From: an uncultured Alphaproteobacteria bacterium
GTDB lineage: Bacteria; Pseudomonadota; Alphaproteobacteria; CBDUYM01
Reading direction: 5' to 3'
Length of the DNA stretch: 32,000 nt
NCBI GenBank assembly: GCA_965371465.1
Contig: CBDUYM010000018.1
Location: 10,780 to 42,779 of the forward strand
Positions 1 through 12,750 of the stretch are shown here, piece after piece; the stretch's first letter is position 1, and every line of letters begins with the position of its first letter. The translations under genes were made by a program, and so were the position numbers. The notes below the pieces were generated by a model. That model was not told the DNA's origin and made no database searches. It worked only from the letters and a program-made list of their open reading frames with translations.

Positions 1-1033
1 AAGGGCTGCTGTCAGCTGGACCTTCATCTGCCGCTAACGCCGCCAGGATCGGCGCGAAATCCAGCGAAGTTGCCTGCAAGCTACCCTGAACATCCAGTAT
101 GTCGCCCAATCCAACCGTCAGGCTGCCGCGCGCCCGATTTGCACCGACTGAGACCTCGTAGCCTGCGAACGAAATCTCCTGTTCGCTCGCGTTGACTTCT
201 GCGCCCAGAGAAAACGGAAGCGGCTGATCGATCAATGAATCCGATATATCAGCCATGGCAAGCAGCGAGCCAAGGTCAGTGCCCTCAAGAGAAAAGTTCC
301 CGTCGAATTTTGCTGCCTCTTGAATCTCGTTCAAGTTGCCTGAGAGCCTTGCGCTCACTGATCTTGACGGCAGGCTAAAAAGCGCTTCGATCCGTATTGG
401 CCGGTCTGGGGCGAATGTGCCTGTCGAGATCTCGACTTCATATTCTTCACCAGCAAAATCCAGACGGCCCGACACTTCGAATGGTCCGGTCCTGCCCGAT
501 GAAGTCAGGTCAAGACTGATATCGGTGAAGCTGAGATCTGTTCCTTTCGTCGGGCTCAGAAATCTTATGGCTCCCTGCCGGATCGACAAGTTTGAGACAA
601 TTACATCGAGGGCACTTTCATCCGGCGCGCCCGGCCCTTCACTGCTATCGGTCTCAGGCAATTGCCAATTGAAAGTGCCGTCGGCTTCTTCGCGAATGTT
701 CAGGACAGGTCGGTTCAGATAGATCGTGGCAAATTCGATCCGGCCGGCAAAAATAGGCAGAATTGCAAGTCTGACTTCCAGTTTTTCAATTTCGAGAACA
801 TCGCCGATGGTAATGCCGCCGACAGTGAGAGCGGGCACCGGCAGCACCTGGAAATCAAGCTCGCCCTCCAGGTTGACGGGCTGAGCAATGATTGCTGCAA
901 GTCCTGCTTCGATGTCGTCCCGGTAACCATTCCAGTCGATCAGGCTGAGCACAATGAGCACGCCGAGCACCGCCGCAATCATAATCGCAAACACAGCAAG
1001 AATTGCGTATTCCGCGCGCCGTACCCAGGTCAC
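1..1033 (-). CDS. AsmA-family protein, N-terminal part (the gene runs off the left window edge, so there is no stop codon in the window)
   Basis: Manual translation of the - strand from GTG at 1033 stays open to position 1. It reads VTWVRRAEYAILAVFAIMIAAVLGVLIVLSLIDWNGYRDDIEAGLAAIIAQPVNLEGELDFQVLPVPALTVGGITIGD... This is one N-terminal TM helix followed by the typical AsmA N-domain pattern. An AGGAG Shine-Dalgarno lies about 10 nt upstream. It is absent from the ORF track, probably because it has a GTG start and no stop in the window. Confidence 0.65.
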   Translation of the reverse strand, partial: MTWVRRAEYAILAVFAIMIAAVLGVLIVLSLIDWNGYRDDIEAGLAAIIAQPVNLEGELDFQVLPVPALTVGGITIGDVLEIEKLEVRLAILPIFAGRIEFATIYLNRPVLNIREEADGTFNWQLPETDSSEGPGAPDESALDVIVSNLSIRQGAIRFLSPTKGTDLSFTDISLDLTSSGRTGPFEVSGRLDFAGEEYEVEISTGTFAPDRPIRIEALFSLPSRSVSARLSGNLNEIQEAAKFDGNFSLEGTDLGSLLAMADISDSLIDQPLPFSLGAEVNASEQEISFAGYEVSVGANRARGSLTVGLGDILDVQGSLQATSLDFAPILAALAADEGPADSSP

Positions 1034-1098
1034 TGAGCCACATCTCCTTCTCGTGTGGTCCTGTCGCAAAAGCCAGCCTAGCAGAATCCAGGTTCCAT

Positions 1099-1127
1099 TT
1101 GTCTGCGAAGTCCGCGGCAGCTAGACT
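1099..1127 (+). promoter_or_regulatory. Candidate sigma70-like promoter (TTGTCT-N17-TAGACT) directly upstream of the DUF4169 gene
   Basis: The -35-like TTGTCT is at 1099-1104, followed by a 17-nt spacer and the -10-like TAGACT at 1122-1127. The ATG at 1134 is only 6 nt downstream and has no Shine-Dalgarno. Each hexamer matches consensus at only 4/6 positions. Confidence 0.2.
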
Positions 1128-1133
1128 TGCGCC

Positions 1134-1340
1134 ATGATGACAGAAGTTACGAATCTCAATAAGGCGCGCAAGGCCAAAGCCAAAGCTTCGAGGCAGGAAA
1201 AAGCGGTAGCCAACAGGGCCCGATCCGGTCGCACAAAACTTGAGCGGAAATCAGACGAGCGCGCAGAGCGCGAGGCCGCACGCCACATAGACGGCCTCAA
1301 ATTAGAACAGCCTGATCAACCTCAGGACGAGCAGGACTGA
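1134..1340 (+). CDS. DUF4169-family small basic protein
   Basis: This 68-aa protein carries the pattern NLNKARKAKAKASRQEKAVANRARSGRTKLER, which is characteristic of the alphaproteobacterial DUF4169 family (NL..RK....R..K...AN...FGRTK.E). Confidence 0.7.
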   Translation: MMTEVTNLNKARKAKAKASRQEKAVANRARSGRTKLERKSDERAEREAARHIDGLKLEQPDQPQDEQD

Positions 1341-1393
1341 CGCCAGCCAATGTCCGGACTTGATGCCACGTCCATTGAAGCTATCATCGCCAA

Positions 1394-1882
1394 ATGACGA
1401 ATAAATTCGCAAGCCCGATAGTCACACCGGATCGCCGCGTTCTAACTGAATGGGTTGATTACAACGGGCATATGAATGTCGGCTACTACACTATCGCCTT
1501 TGATAAGGCGCTTGACGATGCCTATGAAGAATTCGGGCTTGGCCCTCCCTATACAGCCACAGGCTCGTCGACGTTCGCGCTTGAAAGCCACATTACGTAT
1601 GCCCAGGAAGTGCTGCTTGATGATCCGCTTCGCATCACTTTCCAGCTGATTGACTGCGATACGAAGAGAATTCACTACTTCATGCAGATGGTCCATGCCG
1701 AGAAAGGCTACCTTGCGTCGACCTGCGAGCAAATCTCTGTGCATGTTGATTTGGAAGCAAGAAAATCTAGTAACTTTCCGAGCGAAATCTATGCCGATCT
1801 GGAAACCCTGAAGTCGCAGCATTCAGAGCTTCCGCGGCCCGCCGAGCTTGGTCGTCAAATTGGCATTCGCAGAAGAGGATGA
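1394..1882 (+). CDS. Hotdog-fold acyl-CoA thioesterase (4HBT_2 / YbgC-like family)
   Basis: This 162-aa protein has an N-terminal VDYNGHMNVGYY motif. Its size and layout are typical of thioesterase-superfamily proteins. Confidence 0.7.
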   Translation: MTNKFASPIVTPDRRVLTEWVDYNGHMNVGYYTIAFDKALDDAYEEFGLGPPYTATGSSTFALESHITYAQEVLLDDPLRITFQLIDCDTKRIHYFMQMVHAEKGYLASTCEQISVHVDLEARKSSNFPSEIYADLETLKSQHSELPRPAELGRQIGIRRRG

Positions 1883-1897
1883 TGGGACACCTCTGAA

Positions 1898-3655
1898 ATG
1901 TTCAGGTCCATTGTGGCATGGTGGGCGGTTGCTCGCAGAAATCAGGTGTCCCTGGCACTCCTGGCCTTGCTGGTTGGGGTCCTTGCAGGTTACGCAGCCG
2001 TAGCATTCAGATATCTGATTGAAATTGTACAGTTCGGAGCGTTTGGTTTCATGGGCGAGTCTGTCGCCTCAAGAGCCGCCGAACTGCCCTGGTACTACAT
2101 TTTGCTCGTGCCAACCATTGGCGGCTTCTTCATTGGGCTTTTCATCAAATATGTAATGCCTGGCCATAGATCGGTGGGTGTCCCTGATGTTATTCAGGCG
2201 GCTGCACTGAATACTGGCCGAATTTCATTGAAAGAAGGCATTGCCGGCGCGGTCCTCAATGCAGCATCACTCGGTGTTGGCGGCTCAGCTGGCCGTGAAG
2301 GCCCAATGGTGCATCTTGCCAGCACGCTGGCCCAGTTTGTATCTGAACGATTTCGCCTCGGCCCTCCGTTTACTATAACGCTGCTTGGCTGCGCAGTCGC
2401 GGCAGGTGTATCAGCTTCTTTCAATGCGCCGATTGCCGGCGTGTTTTTTGCCATTGAGGTGGTCCTCAGAAGTTACGCCCTTCGAACGCTGGTCCCGGTG
2501 TTTATTGCAAGCGTTGCCGGCGCCACTATCTGCCGCATTCATTTTGGCGACTTCCCGGCCTTCACCTTGCCGAATTATGACCTTGTTTCCCAATGGGAGT
2601 TTCCCGCATTTGCCCTGCTTGGCGCGGTCTGCGCTGTGGTCGCCATAATCTTTATGTGGAGCCTGGTGTTCACGGAAGATGTGGCGGACAGGATTCCTAT
2701 TCCTGATTGGCTGAGGCCAGCTGTAGGTGGATTGATGGTCGGCGCGATTGCTCTGTTTGTGCCCGAAGTACTCGGAGTCGGCTACGAAACCACTGATGCG
2801 ATATTGAAGGAGAGCTTCACGCTGCCGATATTGCTGCTCCTGATCGTGTGCAAGACAGCCGCAACATCTGTCACCCTTGCCAGCAGGTTCGGTGGCGGGG
2901 TGTTCAGCCCTTCCCTCTTTCTTGGCGCACTGACCGGTGCTGTCTACGGCATTGTCGCGCTTTGGGTGTTCCCGGATCTGAGTTCCAGCCATGGCGTCTA
3001 TGCCCTGGTTGGAATGGGTGCCGTCGCTGGCGCCGTATTGGGTGCACCGGCCTCAACAATTCTGATTGTTGCAGAACTTACCGGCGACACAGAAATGACC
3101 ATCGCCATGATGATTGCTGTCTCAGTGGCCAGTCTGATGACCAATGAAATTCTTGGCCGGAACTTTTTCCAATGGCAGCTCAGGCGTCGCGGGGTCCTCA
3201 TTCGCGGCGGTCGAGAGCAGCGAATCCTGCGTTCCACACGCATCAAAAGTGTCATGCGCCGGGGGTATCAGCTGATGGATGGGGCGATGCATGTCGCCGA
3301 TCTTGGCGTTCTCTTTGACAAGGGGGCCCATGACACGGTTTTCGTTACCAAGCTGGACGGCTCGCTCCTTGGTGCAGTCTTTGCAGAAGAGTGGCGGGCC
3401 AGGGAGCCGACTGAGGAAGACTCGAAGATCCCTATTGCCGACATTGCACGCCAGAACATTGTTGTCCTTTCTGAAGACGACAATCTGGAGCAGGCAGTCC
3501 TGCATACAGAGCAGACCAATCAGGCTGTCATGCCGGTGGTCAACAATCTTCTGGAATCAAAGGTTACAGGCTCCCTCACCCAGCGCGATCTGCTTCGCGC
3601 CTACAATCGTGTCCTGCGCCAGGCCCGTAGCGAGGAGAGTGGGGAAACCGAATAG
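1898..3655 (+). CDS. CLC-family chloride channel/transporter homologue with a C-terminal CBS-domain pair
   Basis: This 585-aa multi-TM protein has the GSAGREGP (Glu_ext) and GGGVFSPS (GxFxP) CLC signatures and SFNAPIAGVFFAIEV. The C-terminal region of about 140 aa shows two CBS-like repeats. Confidence 0.9.
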   Translation: MFRSIVAWWAVARRNQVSLALLALLVGVLAGYAAVAFRYLIEIVQFGAFGFMGESVASRAAELPWYYILLVPTIGGFFIGLFIKYVMPGHRSVGVPDVIQAAALNTGRISLKEGIAGAVLNAASLGVGGSAGREGPMVHLASTLAQFVSERFRLGPPFTITLLGCAVAAGVSASFNAPIAGVFFAIEVVLRSYALRTLVPVFIASVAGATICRIHFGDFPAFTLPNYDLVSQWEFPAFALLGAVCAVVAIIFMWSLVFTEDVADRIPIPDWLRPAVGGLMVGAIALFVPEVLGVGYETTDAILKESFTLPILLLLIVCKTAATSVTLASRFGGGVFSPSLFLGALTGAVYGIVALWVFPDLSSSHGVYALVGMGAVAGAVLGAPASTILIVAELTGDTEMTIAMMIAVSVASLMTNEILGRNFFQWQLRRRGVLIRGGREQRILRSTRIKSVMRRGYQLMDGAMHVADLGVLFDKGAHDTVFVTKLDGSLLGAVFAEEWRAREPTEEDSKIPIADIARQNIVVLSEDDNLEQAVLHTEQTNQAVMPVVNNLLESKVTGSLTQRDLLRAYNRVLRQARSEESGETE

Positions 3656-3697
3656 CGTCGCCATTTCCGCTTCGCAAGCGGGCTCTGAAACTGTAGA

Positions 3698-5950
3698 TTG
3701 GCGGCAATGACGGACGCCCCTGCCATACGCAATGAAGCGCCTCAATTTCTTGATGGCCTGAACCCCGAACAGCGTGACGCTGTGATCGCGACCGAGGGGC
3801 CCGTGCTCGTTCTGGCCGGTGCCGGTACCGGCAAAACAAGAGTGCTGACGACACGAATTGCCTACATTCTGAGCCAGCGACTGGCCGCACCCTGGGAGAT
3901 TCTGTCGGTCACGTTCACCAACAAAGCCGCTCGGGAAATGCAGGAGCGGGTTGCCTTGCTGACCGGTCGGCCGGTGGAAAACATGCCCTGGCTCGGTACG
4001 TTTCACGCCATGGGAGCCAAGATCCTGCGCCAGCACGCAGAATTGGTCGGCCTGAAATCAAACTTCACGATCATCGACACGGACGATCAGATCCGCGTGC
4101 TGAAGCAACTTATCGAGATGGCCAACATTGACGAAAAACGTTGGCCTGCACGGTTTCTGGCAACGCTGATTGACAAGTGGAAGAACCAGGGCCTTGTCCC
4201 GGAGAAGGTACCCAGCCAGGAAGCCCATGTATTCGCCGATGGCAAGGGAATTGCCCTGTACGCGGCCTATCAGGCGCGTTTGAAGGCTCTCAACGCCGCA
4301 GATTTCGGGGATTTACTGGTCCATTGCCTGACTTTGTTCATGGGCCATCCGGATGTGCTGAAACAGTTCCAGAATCGATTCAAATACATTCTGGTGGACG
4401 AATATCAGGATTCAAATGTCGCCCAGTATCTCTGGCTTCGTCTGCTTGCCCAGGGCGACCACAATATCTGCTGTGTTGGTGACGATGATCAGTCGATCTA
4501 CGGCTGGCGTGGTGCTGAAGTCGGCAACATCCTCCGTTTCGAGCAGGATTTCCCCGGCGCCAAAGTCGTGCGGCTTGAACGAAACTACCGATCAACCCAG
4601 AACATTCTTGGCGCCGCCTCCGGACTGATTGCCGCGAACGAAAGCAGGCTTGGCAAGACCCTTTGGACCGATCAGGAGGGCGAAGGCGACAAAGTTGTTG
4701 TCCGGGGCGTCTGGGATGGCCGTGCTGAAGCGCAGCTGATCGGCGATGACATCGAGGCAGCGCAGGTGGCGGGGCAGAGCCTGAATGATGTCGCGGTCCT
4801 GGTCCGGGCCACGTTCCAGACCCGCGAGTTTGAAGAACGATTCCTTGAATTGGGGCTGCCCTATCAGATTATTGGTGGACTTCGCTTTTATGAGAGGGCT
4901 GAGTGCCGGGATGCGATCGCCTATCTGCGTCTGATTGCGCAACCCGATGATGATCTGGCGTTTGAGCGCATCATCAACAAACCAAAACGCGGACTGGGCG
5001 AAGCGACAATCCAGAAACTTCACATCCTTGCCCGGGCCGAAGACATTCCGCTCATGCGTGCTGCCCGGCTCCTGTCAGAAACCGATGAATTGCGGCCACA
5101 GGCAAGGAAGGCGCTCAGCGCATTTCTTGAAAACATAAGCCGCTGGCAGGCCGATCTGGAAGAAATGCATCATGCGGAGCTGACGCGGACGGTATTGGAT
5201 GAATCCGGTTACACCGATGCGCTGCAAAACGACAAGTCAGTCCAGGCGCCGGCGCGGCTCGATAACCTCAGAGAGTTCGTGCGCGGCATGGAAGACTTCG
5301 AAGGTATGACCGAATTTCTGGAACACGTCAGCCTGGTCGCCGAGAATGAGCAGGCCGCAACCGATGAGCGGATCAGCGTCATGACCCTTCATGGCGCGAA
5401 AGGTCTTGAATTCAAAACAGTTTTTCTGCCGGGCTGGGAAGAGGAGCTGTTCCCACATCGACTTTCACTTGAAGAAGGAGGTGCGGCCGGGCTGGAAGAA
5501 GAGCGCCGCCTCGCCTATGTCGGACTGACACGAGCGCGCGAGAAGGCCGTGATCAGTTTTGCCGCGACGCGGCGCATGTATGACCGCTGGCTGTCGCCTG
5601 CCCCATCACGTTTCATTGAAGAACTGCCCAAAGAGCACATTGAGATCGTCCATCAAGACGGATTTCAGTCCGGCGGTCTGCCCTATCTTGAGGGCGATGC
5701 GGACCGCCCGGGGCGAGGTCCCGGTTGGCGACGCATTCAGGCTCGCGGTCTCGCCAGAAACCGTGACACGGGAAGCGGGCGCAGCAGCGTGGGTGAGACA
5801 GAGGTGACAAGTTTCAATCCGGGCGACCGCATCTTTCATGAAAAGTTCGGCTATGGCGTCATCCAGGAGATCAGCGGGAACAAGCTGAAAATCGCATTCG
5901 AAAAGGCTGGCACAAAAATGGTCATCGACTCTTTCGTGTCAGCTGCCTAG
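3698..5950 (+). CDS. uvrD: UvrD/PcrA-type superfamily-1 ATP-dependent DNA helicase with a C-terminal Tudor-like domain
   Basis: Helicase motifs found: AGAGTGKT (motif I), VDEYQDSN (motif II), TLHGAKGLEF (motif V) and LAYVGLTRAR (motif VI). The C-terminal FNPGDRIFHEKFGYGVIQEI matches the UvrD/PcrA C-terminal Tudor fold. Confidence 0.9.
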   Translation: MAAMTDAPAIRNEAPQFLDGLNPEQRDAVIATEGPVLVLAGAGTGKTRVLTTRIAYILSQRLAAPWEILSVTFTNKAAREMQERVALLTGRPVENMPWLGTFHAMGAKILRQHAELVGLKSNFTIIDTDDQIRVLKQLIEMANIDEKRWPARFLATLIDKWKNQGLVPEKVPSQEAHVFADGKGIALYAAYQARLKALNAADFGDLLVHCLTLFMGHPDVLKQFQNRFKYILVDEYQDSNVAQYLWLRLLAQGDHNICCVGDDDQSIYGWRGAEVGNILRFEQDFPGAKVVRLERNYRSTQNILGAASGLIAANESRLGKTLWTDQEGEGDKVVVRGVWDGRAEAQLIGDDIEAAQVAGQSLNDVAVLVRATFQTREFEERFLELGLPYQIIGGLRFYERAECRDAIAYLRLIAQPDDDLAFERIINKPKRGLGEATIQKLHILARAEDIPLMRAARLLSETDELRPQARKALSAFLENISRWQADLEEMHHAELTRTVLDESGYTDALQNDKSVQAPARLDNLREFVRGMEDFEGMTEFLEHVSLVAENEQAATDERISVMTLHGAKGLEFKTVFLPGWEEELFPHRLSLEEGGAAGLEEERRLAYVGLTRAREKAVISFAATRRMYDRWLSPAPSRFIEELPKEHIEIVHQDGFQSGGLPYLEGDADRPGRGPGWRRIQARGLARNRDTGSGRSSVGETEVTSFNPGDRIFHEKFGYGVIQEISGNKLKIAFEKAGTKMVIDSFVSAA

Positions 5951-5960
5951 TTCATCCTGC

Positions 5961-6851
5961 ATGAGTTCTTCTGACACCTGGAAAGTTACTTTAGACATCT
6001 CAGCCGAAGCGCGGGTCGCCGCTGAGGACGCGCTTATCGAACTCGGCGCGGCCGTTGTCAGTAAACCAACTGATGATGGACGATGGCAATTGCAGGCTAT
6101 CTTCGCAGGCCAGCAACAGCTCATCGACATCAGGAATCATCTGATTGAGTTCATTGGCGAAGGTCACATTGATTGGGATAGGGCCGCCAGCGCAACAGTC
6201 GCCGAGCGGAACTGGATTGTTGAATCACAGCAATTCAGGCAGCCGGTGCGTGCCGGTCTCTATTACGTCCACGAGTCCCATTCACGGCCCGGATCTGCAC
6301 CTGGCGGCAAGACAATTGAAGTTGTGGCCAGTCAGGCGTTCGGCACTGGCCAGCATGGCTCGACAGAGGGCTGTCTGAAAGCGCTGAACCTGCTCCAGAA
6401 AAGCCAACGTTACCGGAACATCCTTGATATCGGGTCGGGTTCCGGCATTTTAGCCATAGCTGCAGCGAAGACCTGGAACGCAAATATTCTTGCAACTGAC
6501 ATTGATGCCAACGCCTTGCCTGTAGCCCAAGCACTGGCCCGCAGGAACGGCGTTGCCAGGGCAATAGGTTTCCAGGTTGCCGCCGGGTTCGATCATCCTG
6601 AGATCAGAGCGCGGGCGCCCTATGACCTGATCCTGGCAAACATACTGGCCGAACCTTTGATCAATTTTGTCGCTGACATGCGGAGGCATATCAGCGCCGG
6701 TGGCGCGATTGTGCTTTCAGGATTGTTGAACCGGCAGGCCCAGAGCGTGATTGCCGTGTACCGAGCCCATGACATGGTGCTGAAGCGGCAGCTGAGCGTT
6801 GGCAACTGGTCGACGCTGATCGTTGGCCCCCGCAGCCACGCCGGGTTATGA
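5961..6851 (+). CDS. prmA: Ribosomal protein L11 methyltransferase
   Basis: This 296-aa protein has a PrmA N-domain layout, the SAM-binding motif ILDIGSGSGILAIAAAK and ATDID. Confidence 0.85.
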   Translation: MSSSDTWKVTLDISAEARVAAEDALIELGAAVVSKPTDDGRWQLQAIFAGQQQLIDIRNHLIEFIGEGHIDWDRAASATVAERNWIVESQQFRQPVRAGLYYVHESHSRPGSAPGGKTIEVVASQAFGTGQHGSTEGCLKALNLLQKSQRYRNILDIGSGSGILAIAAAKTWNANILATDIDANALPVAQALARRNGVARAIGFQVAAGFDHPEIRARAPYDLILANILAEPLINFVADMRRHISAGGAIVLSGLLNRQAQSVIAVYRAHDMVLKRQLSVGNWSTLIVGPRSHAGL

Positions 6852-6889
6852 TCCTGCTTCGGCTATGAAGACGCACGGATGGACTGGTC

Positions 6890-8902
6890 ATGAACACCGA
6901 TGAATTGCTGTCGCTTCTTTCAGAAGAGAAGTCGACCATTGAGACTGGAGAGCTTGAGAGCCTGATCTCGGGTGCCGCTGCTGCGCCGTTGCCGATTGAT
7001 CAAAACCGACTGCTGAAAATATTCGGCGCGATCAAAAGTGATCCTGCAAAGCAGGCGATTATCAAGCTCATCAACCGGCGCCGCGACAGCTTCACTGAAG
7101 AAATATCAGCCGCACGGACTGCTGGCGACAGTCGGCTCAAGGATCTCAGAGCCGAGCTTGAACAGCGAGGGCTTACGGGGTTTCTACAGCCCGTTGCCGA
7201 TGAACATCTTGGTGAATATGTGCCTCTTCGCGGTCGCCGACTGCCCTGGTTGACAGGGTTCTCAGGATCGGCAGGGCTGGTCATTGTATTGCAGGATCGA
7301 GCCGCAGTGTTCGTGGACGGACGCTATGTGCTCCAGGTGACGCAACAGGTTGATACTGAATTCTTCGAAACTCATCATACCGCCGACAAAACGCCTCGGG
7401 CATGGCTTGCAGATGTTCTGACGGAAGAAGACAGGCTTGGTTATGATCCATGGCTGCATACGGAAACTGCGTTGAAGGAGTACCGGGCGGTCTGCGACAA
7501 AGCCGGGGCTGAGCTGATTGCCGCCAAAGGTAATCCGATCGACGCCATCTGGGCGGATCAACCGCCGCCCCCTCTTTCGCAGATGGAAGTCCACAGCGAC
7601 CGGTTCGCTGGCGAGTCTTCAAACGCCAAACGCACCAGATTGGCAGAAGACCTGCAGTCCGCATCGATTGATGCCACGGTTCTCACTGCGCCCGACTCAA
7701 TTGCCTGGCTGTTGAATGTCCGGGGCTCAGATGTGCCGAGGACACCGTTCTCGCTGTCATTCGCTATACTGAGTGCTGACGCGACCGTTGATCTGTTCAT
7801 TGATGAGCGCAAGGTAGACGATGATGTCGCCGCTCATCTTGGAAACAGCGTGCGACGCCATTCACCGGCCGAATTTGAGAGTGCACTCAAGAGCCTTGGG
7901 ACTGCTGACAAGACCGTTGCCGTTGATGCATCAAGTGCGGCTGCCTGGATCACAGAAACTCTGGAGAGCGCCGATGCTGATCTGAGGCGGCAGGCCGATC
8001 CCTGCCAGCTGCCAAAGGCTATCAAGAACGAAGTCGAACTTGCCGGCATGCGGGCCGCCCATCGACGTGATGGCGCTGCCCTTACCGAGTTTCTGGGTTG
8101 GATTGCCAAGGCAGCTATCGGCGGTGAAGAAACCGAAATAAGTGCGAGCGATCATCTCCAGGATTTGCGGGTACGCCAGGAACAGTTTCGCGACCTAAGC
8201 TTCGATACGATCTCAGGTGCCGGTGCAAACGGCGCGATTGTGCATTATAAGGCGAGCGCTGAAACCGATGCCCAGGTAAAGGCCGGCTCGCTCTACCTTG
8301 TGGATTCTGGCGCACAGTATCTCGACGGCACAACTGATGTTACCCGTACCGTTGCCATTGGTGATGTGGGAGACGAAGAAAAGGACCGGTTCACCAGGGT
8401 CCTGAAGGGCCATATTGCGTTGGCCTCAGCCAAATTTCCAAAAGGTACAAGCGGGCCGCAGCTCGATACGCTGGCACGAAACGCGTTGTGGCAGGTGGGG
8501 CTCGATTATGACCACGGCACCGGCCACGGCGTTGGCAGTTTTCTGAGTGTTCATGAGGGACCACACGGCATTTCGAAACGCGCCGGCGATGTGGCGTTGG
8601 CGCCTGGCATGATCGTCTCCAACGAGCCCGGCTACTATAAAGCCGGCGCCTATGGCATCCGCATCGAAAACCTGATCACTGTGATCGAATGTGAAGACAT
8701 GGCCGGTGCGGAAAGAGAAATGTTAGGTTTCGAAACGCTCACCATGGCGCCGATCGACAGAAATCTTATCAAGACCGAAATGCTGAGCGCCGACGAGATC
8801 ACCTGGCTCGACGAATATCATGCCAGAGTCCTGGAGATCGTGGGCCCTCAGGTCGATGCAAAGACGGCGGCATGGCTGAAGAAAGCGGCTGCGCCTCTTT
8901 AG
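6890..8902 (+). CDS. Aminopeptidase P family protein (M24B Xaa-Pro aminopeptidase, three-domain type) with an N-terminal extension
   Basis: N-terminal creatinase-like domains are present (LRAELEQRGLTGFLQPVADEHLGEYV, WLTGFSGSAG). M24 metal-ligand motifs are YLVDSGAQY, DVTRT, HGTGHGVG, SNEPGYY and IRIEN. ATG at 6890 is the only ATG start available. The only other in-frame canonical start is TTG at 6989. Confidence 0.9.
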   Translation: MNTDELLSLLSEEKSTIETGELESLISGAAAAPLPIDQNRLLKIFGAIKSDPAKQAIIKLINRRRDSFTEEISAARTAGDSRLKDLRAELEQRGLTGFLQPVADEHLGEYVPLRGRRLPWLTGFSGSAGLVIVLQDRAAVFVDGRYVLQVTQQVDTEFFETHHTADKTPRAWLADVLTEEDRLGYDPWLHTETALKEYRAVCDKAGAELIAAKGNPIDAIWADQPPPPLSQMEVHSDRFAGESSNAKRTRLAEDLQSASIDATVLTAPDSIAWLLNVRGSDVPRTPFSLSFAILSADATVDLFIDERKVDDDVAAHLGNSVRRHSPAEFESALKSLGTADKTVAVDASSAAAWITETLESADADLRRQADPCQLPKAIKNEVELAGMRAAHRRDGAALTEFLGWIAKAAIGGEETEISASDHLQDLRVRQEQFRDLSFDTISGAGANGAIVHYKASAETDAQVKAGSLYLVDSGAQYLDGTTDVTRTVAIGDVGDEEKDRFTRVLKGHIALASAKFPKGTSGPQLDTLARNALWQVGLDYDHGTGHGVGSFLSVHEGPHGISKRAGDVALAPGMIVSNEPGYYKAGAYGIRIENLITVIECEDMAGAEREMLGFETLTMAPIDRNLIKTEMLSADEITWLDEYHARVLEIVGPQVDAKTAAWLKKAAAPL

Positions 8903-8906
8903 GCGC
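8891..8906. terminator. Short GC-rich hairpin (GCGCCT-CTTT-AGGCGC) at the convergent pepP/ligA junction, a possible bidirectional terminator
   Basis: A perfect 6-bp stem with a 4-nt loop contains the pepP TAG stop (8900-8902) and lies 10 nt beyond the ligA stop. There is no clear U-tract on either strand. Confidence 0.25.
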
Positions 8907-8915
8907 TGGCAATCT

Positions 8916-12735
<3,820 letters not shown>

Positions 12736-12750
12736 TCCGGGAAACTCGCT

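Noticed and set aside
336-1043. Track ORFs at 336-722 (+), 662-1036 (+), 715-930 (-) and 855-1043 (-).
   Set aside because: They are explained by the unlisted AsmA-family frame (1-1033, - strand). These ORFs are antisense or out-of-frame shadows of it.
3667-3681. A small hairpin CCGCT(T)-CGC-(A)AGCGG after the CLC gene, as a possible terminator.
   Set aside because: The stem is short, there is no downstream U-tract, and uvrD starts 17 nt later. It is more likely incidental, or at most a weak attenuating structure.
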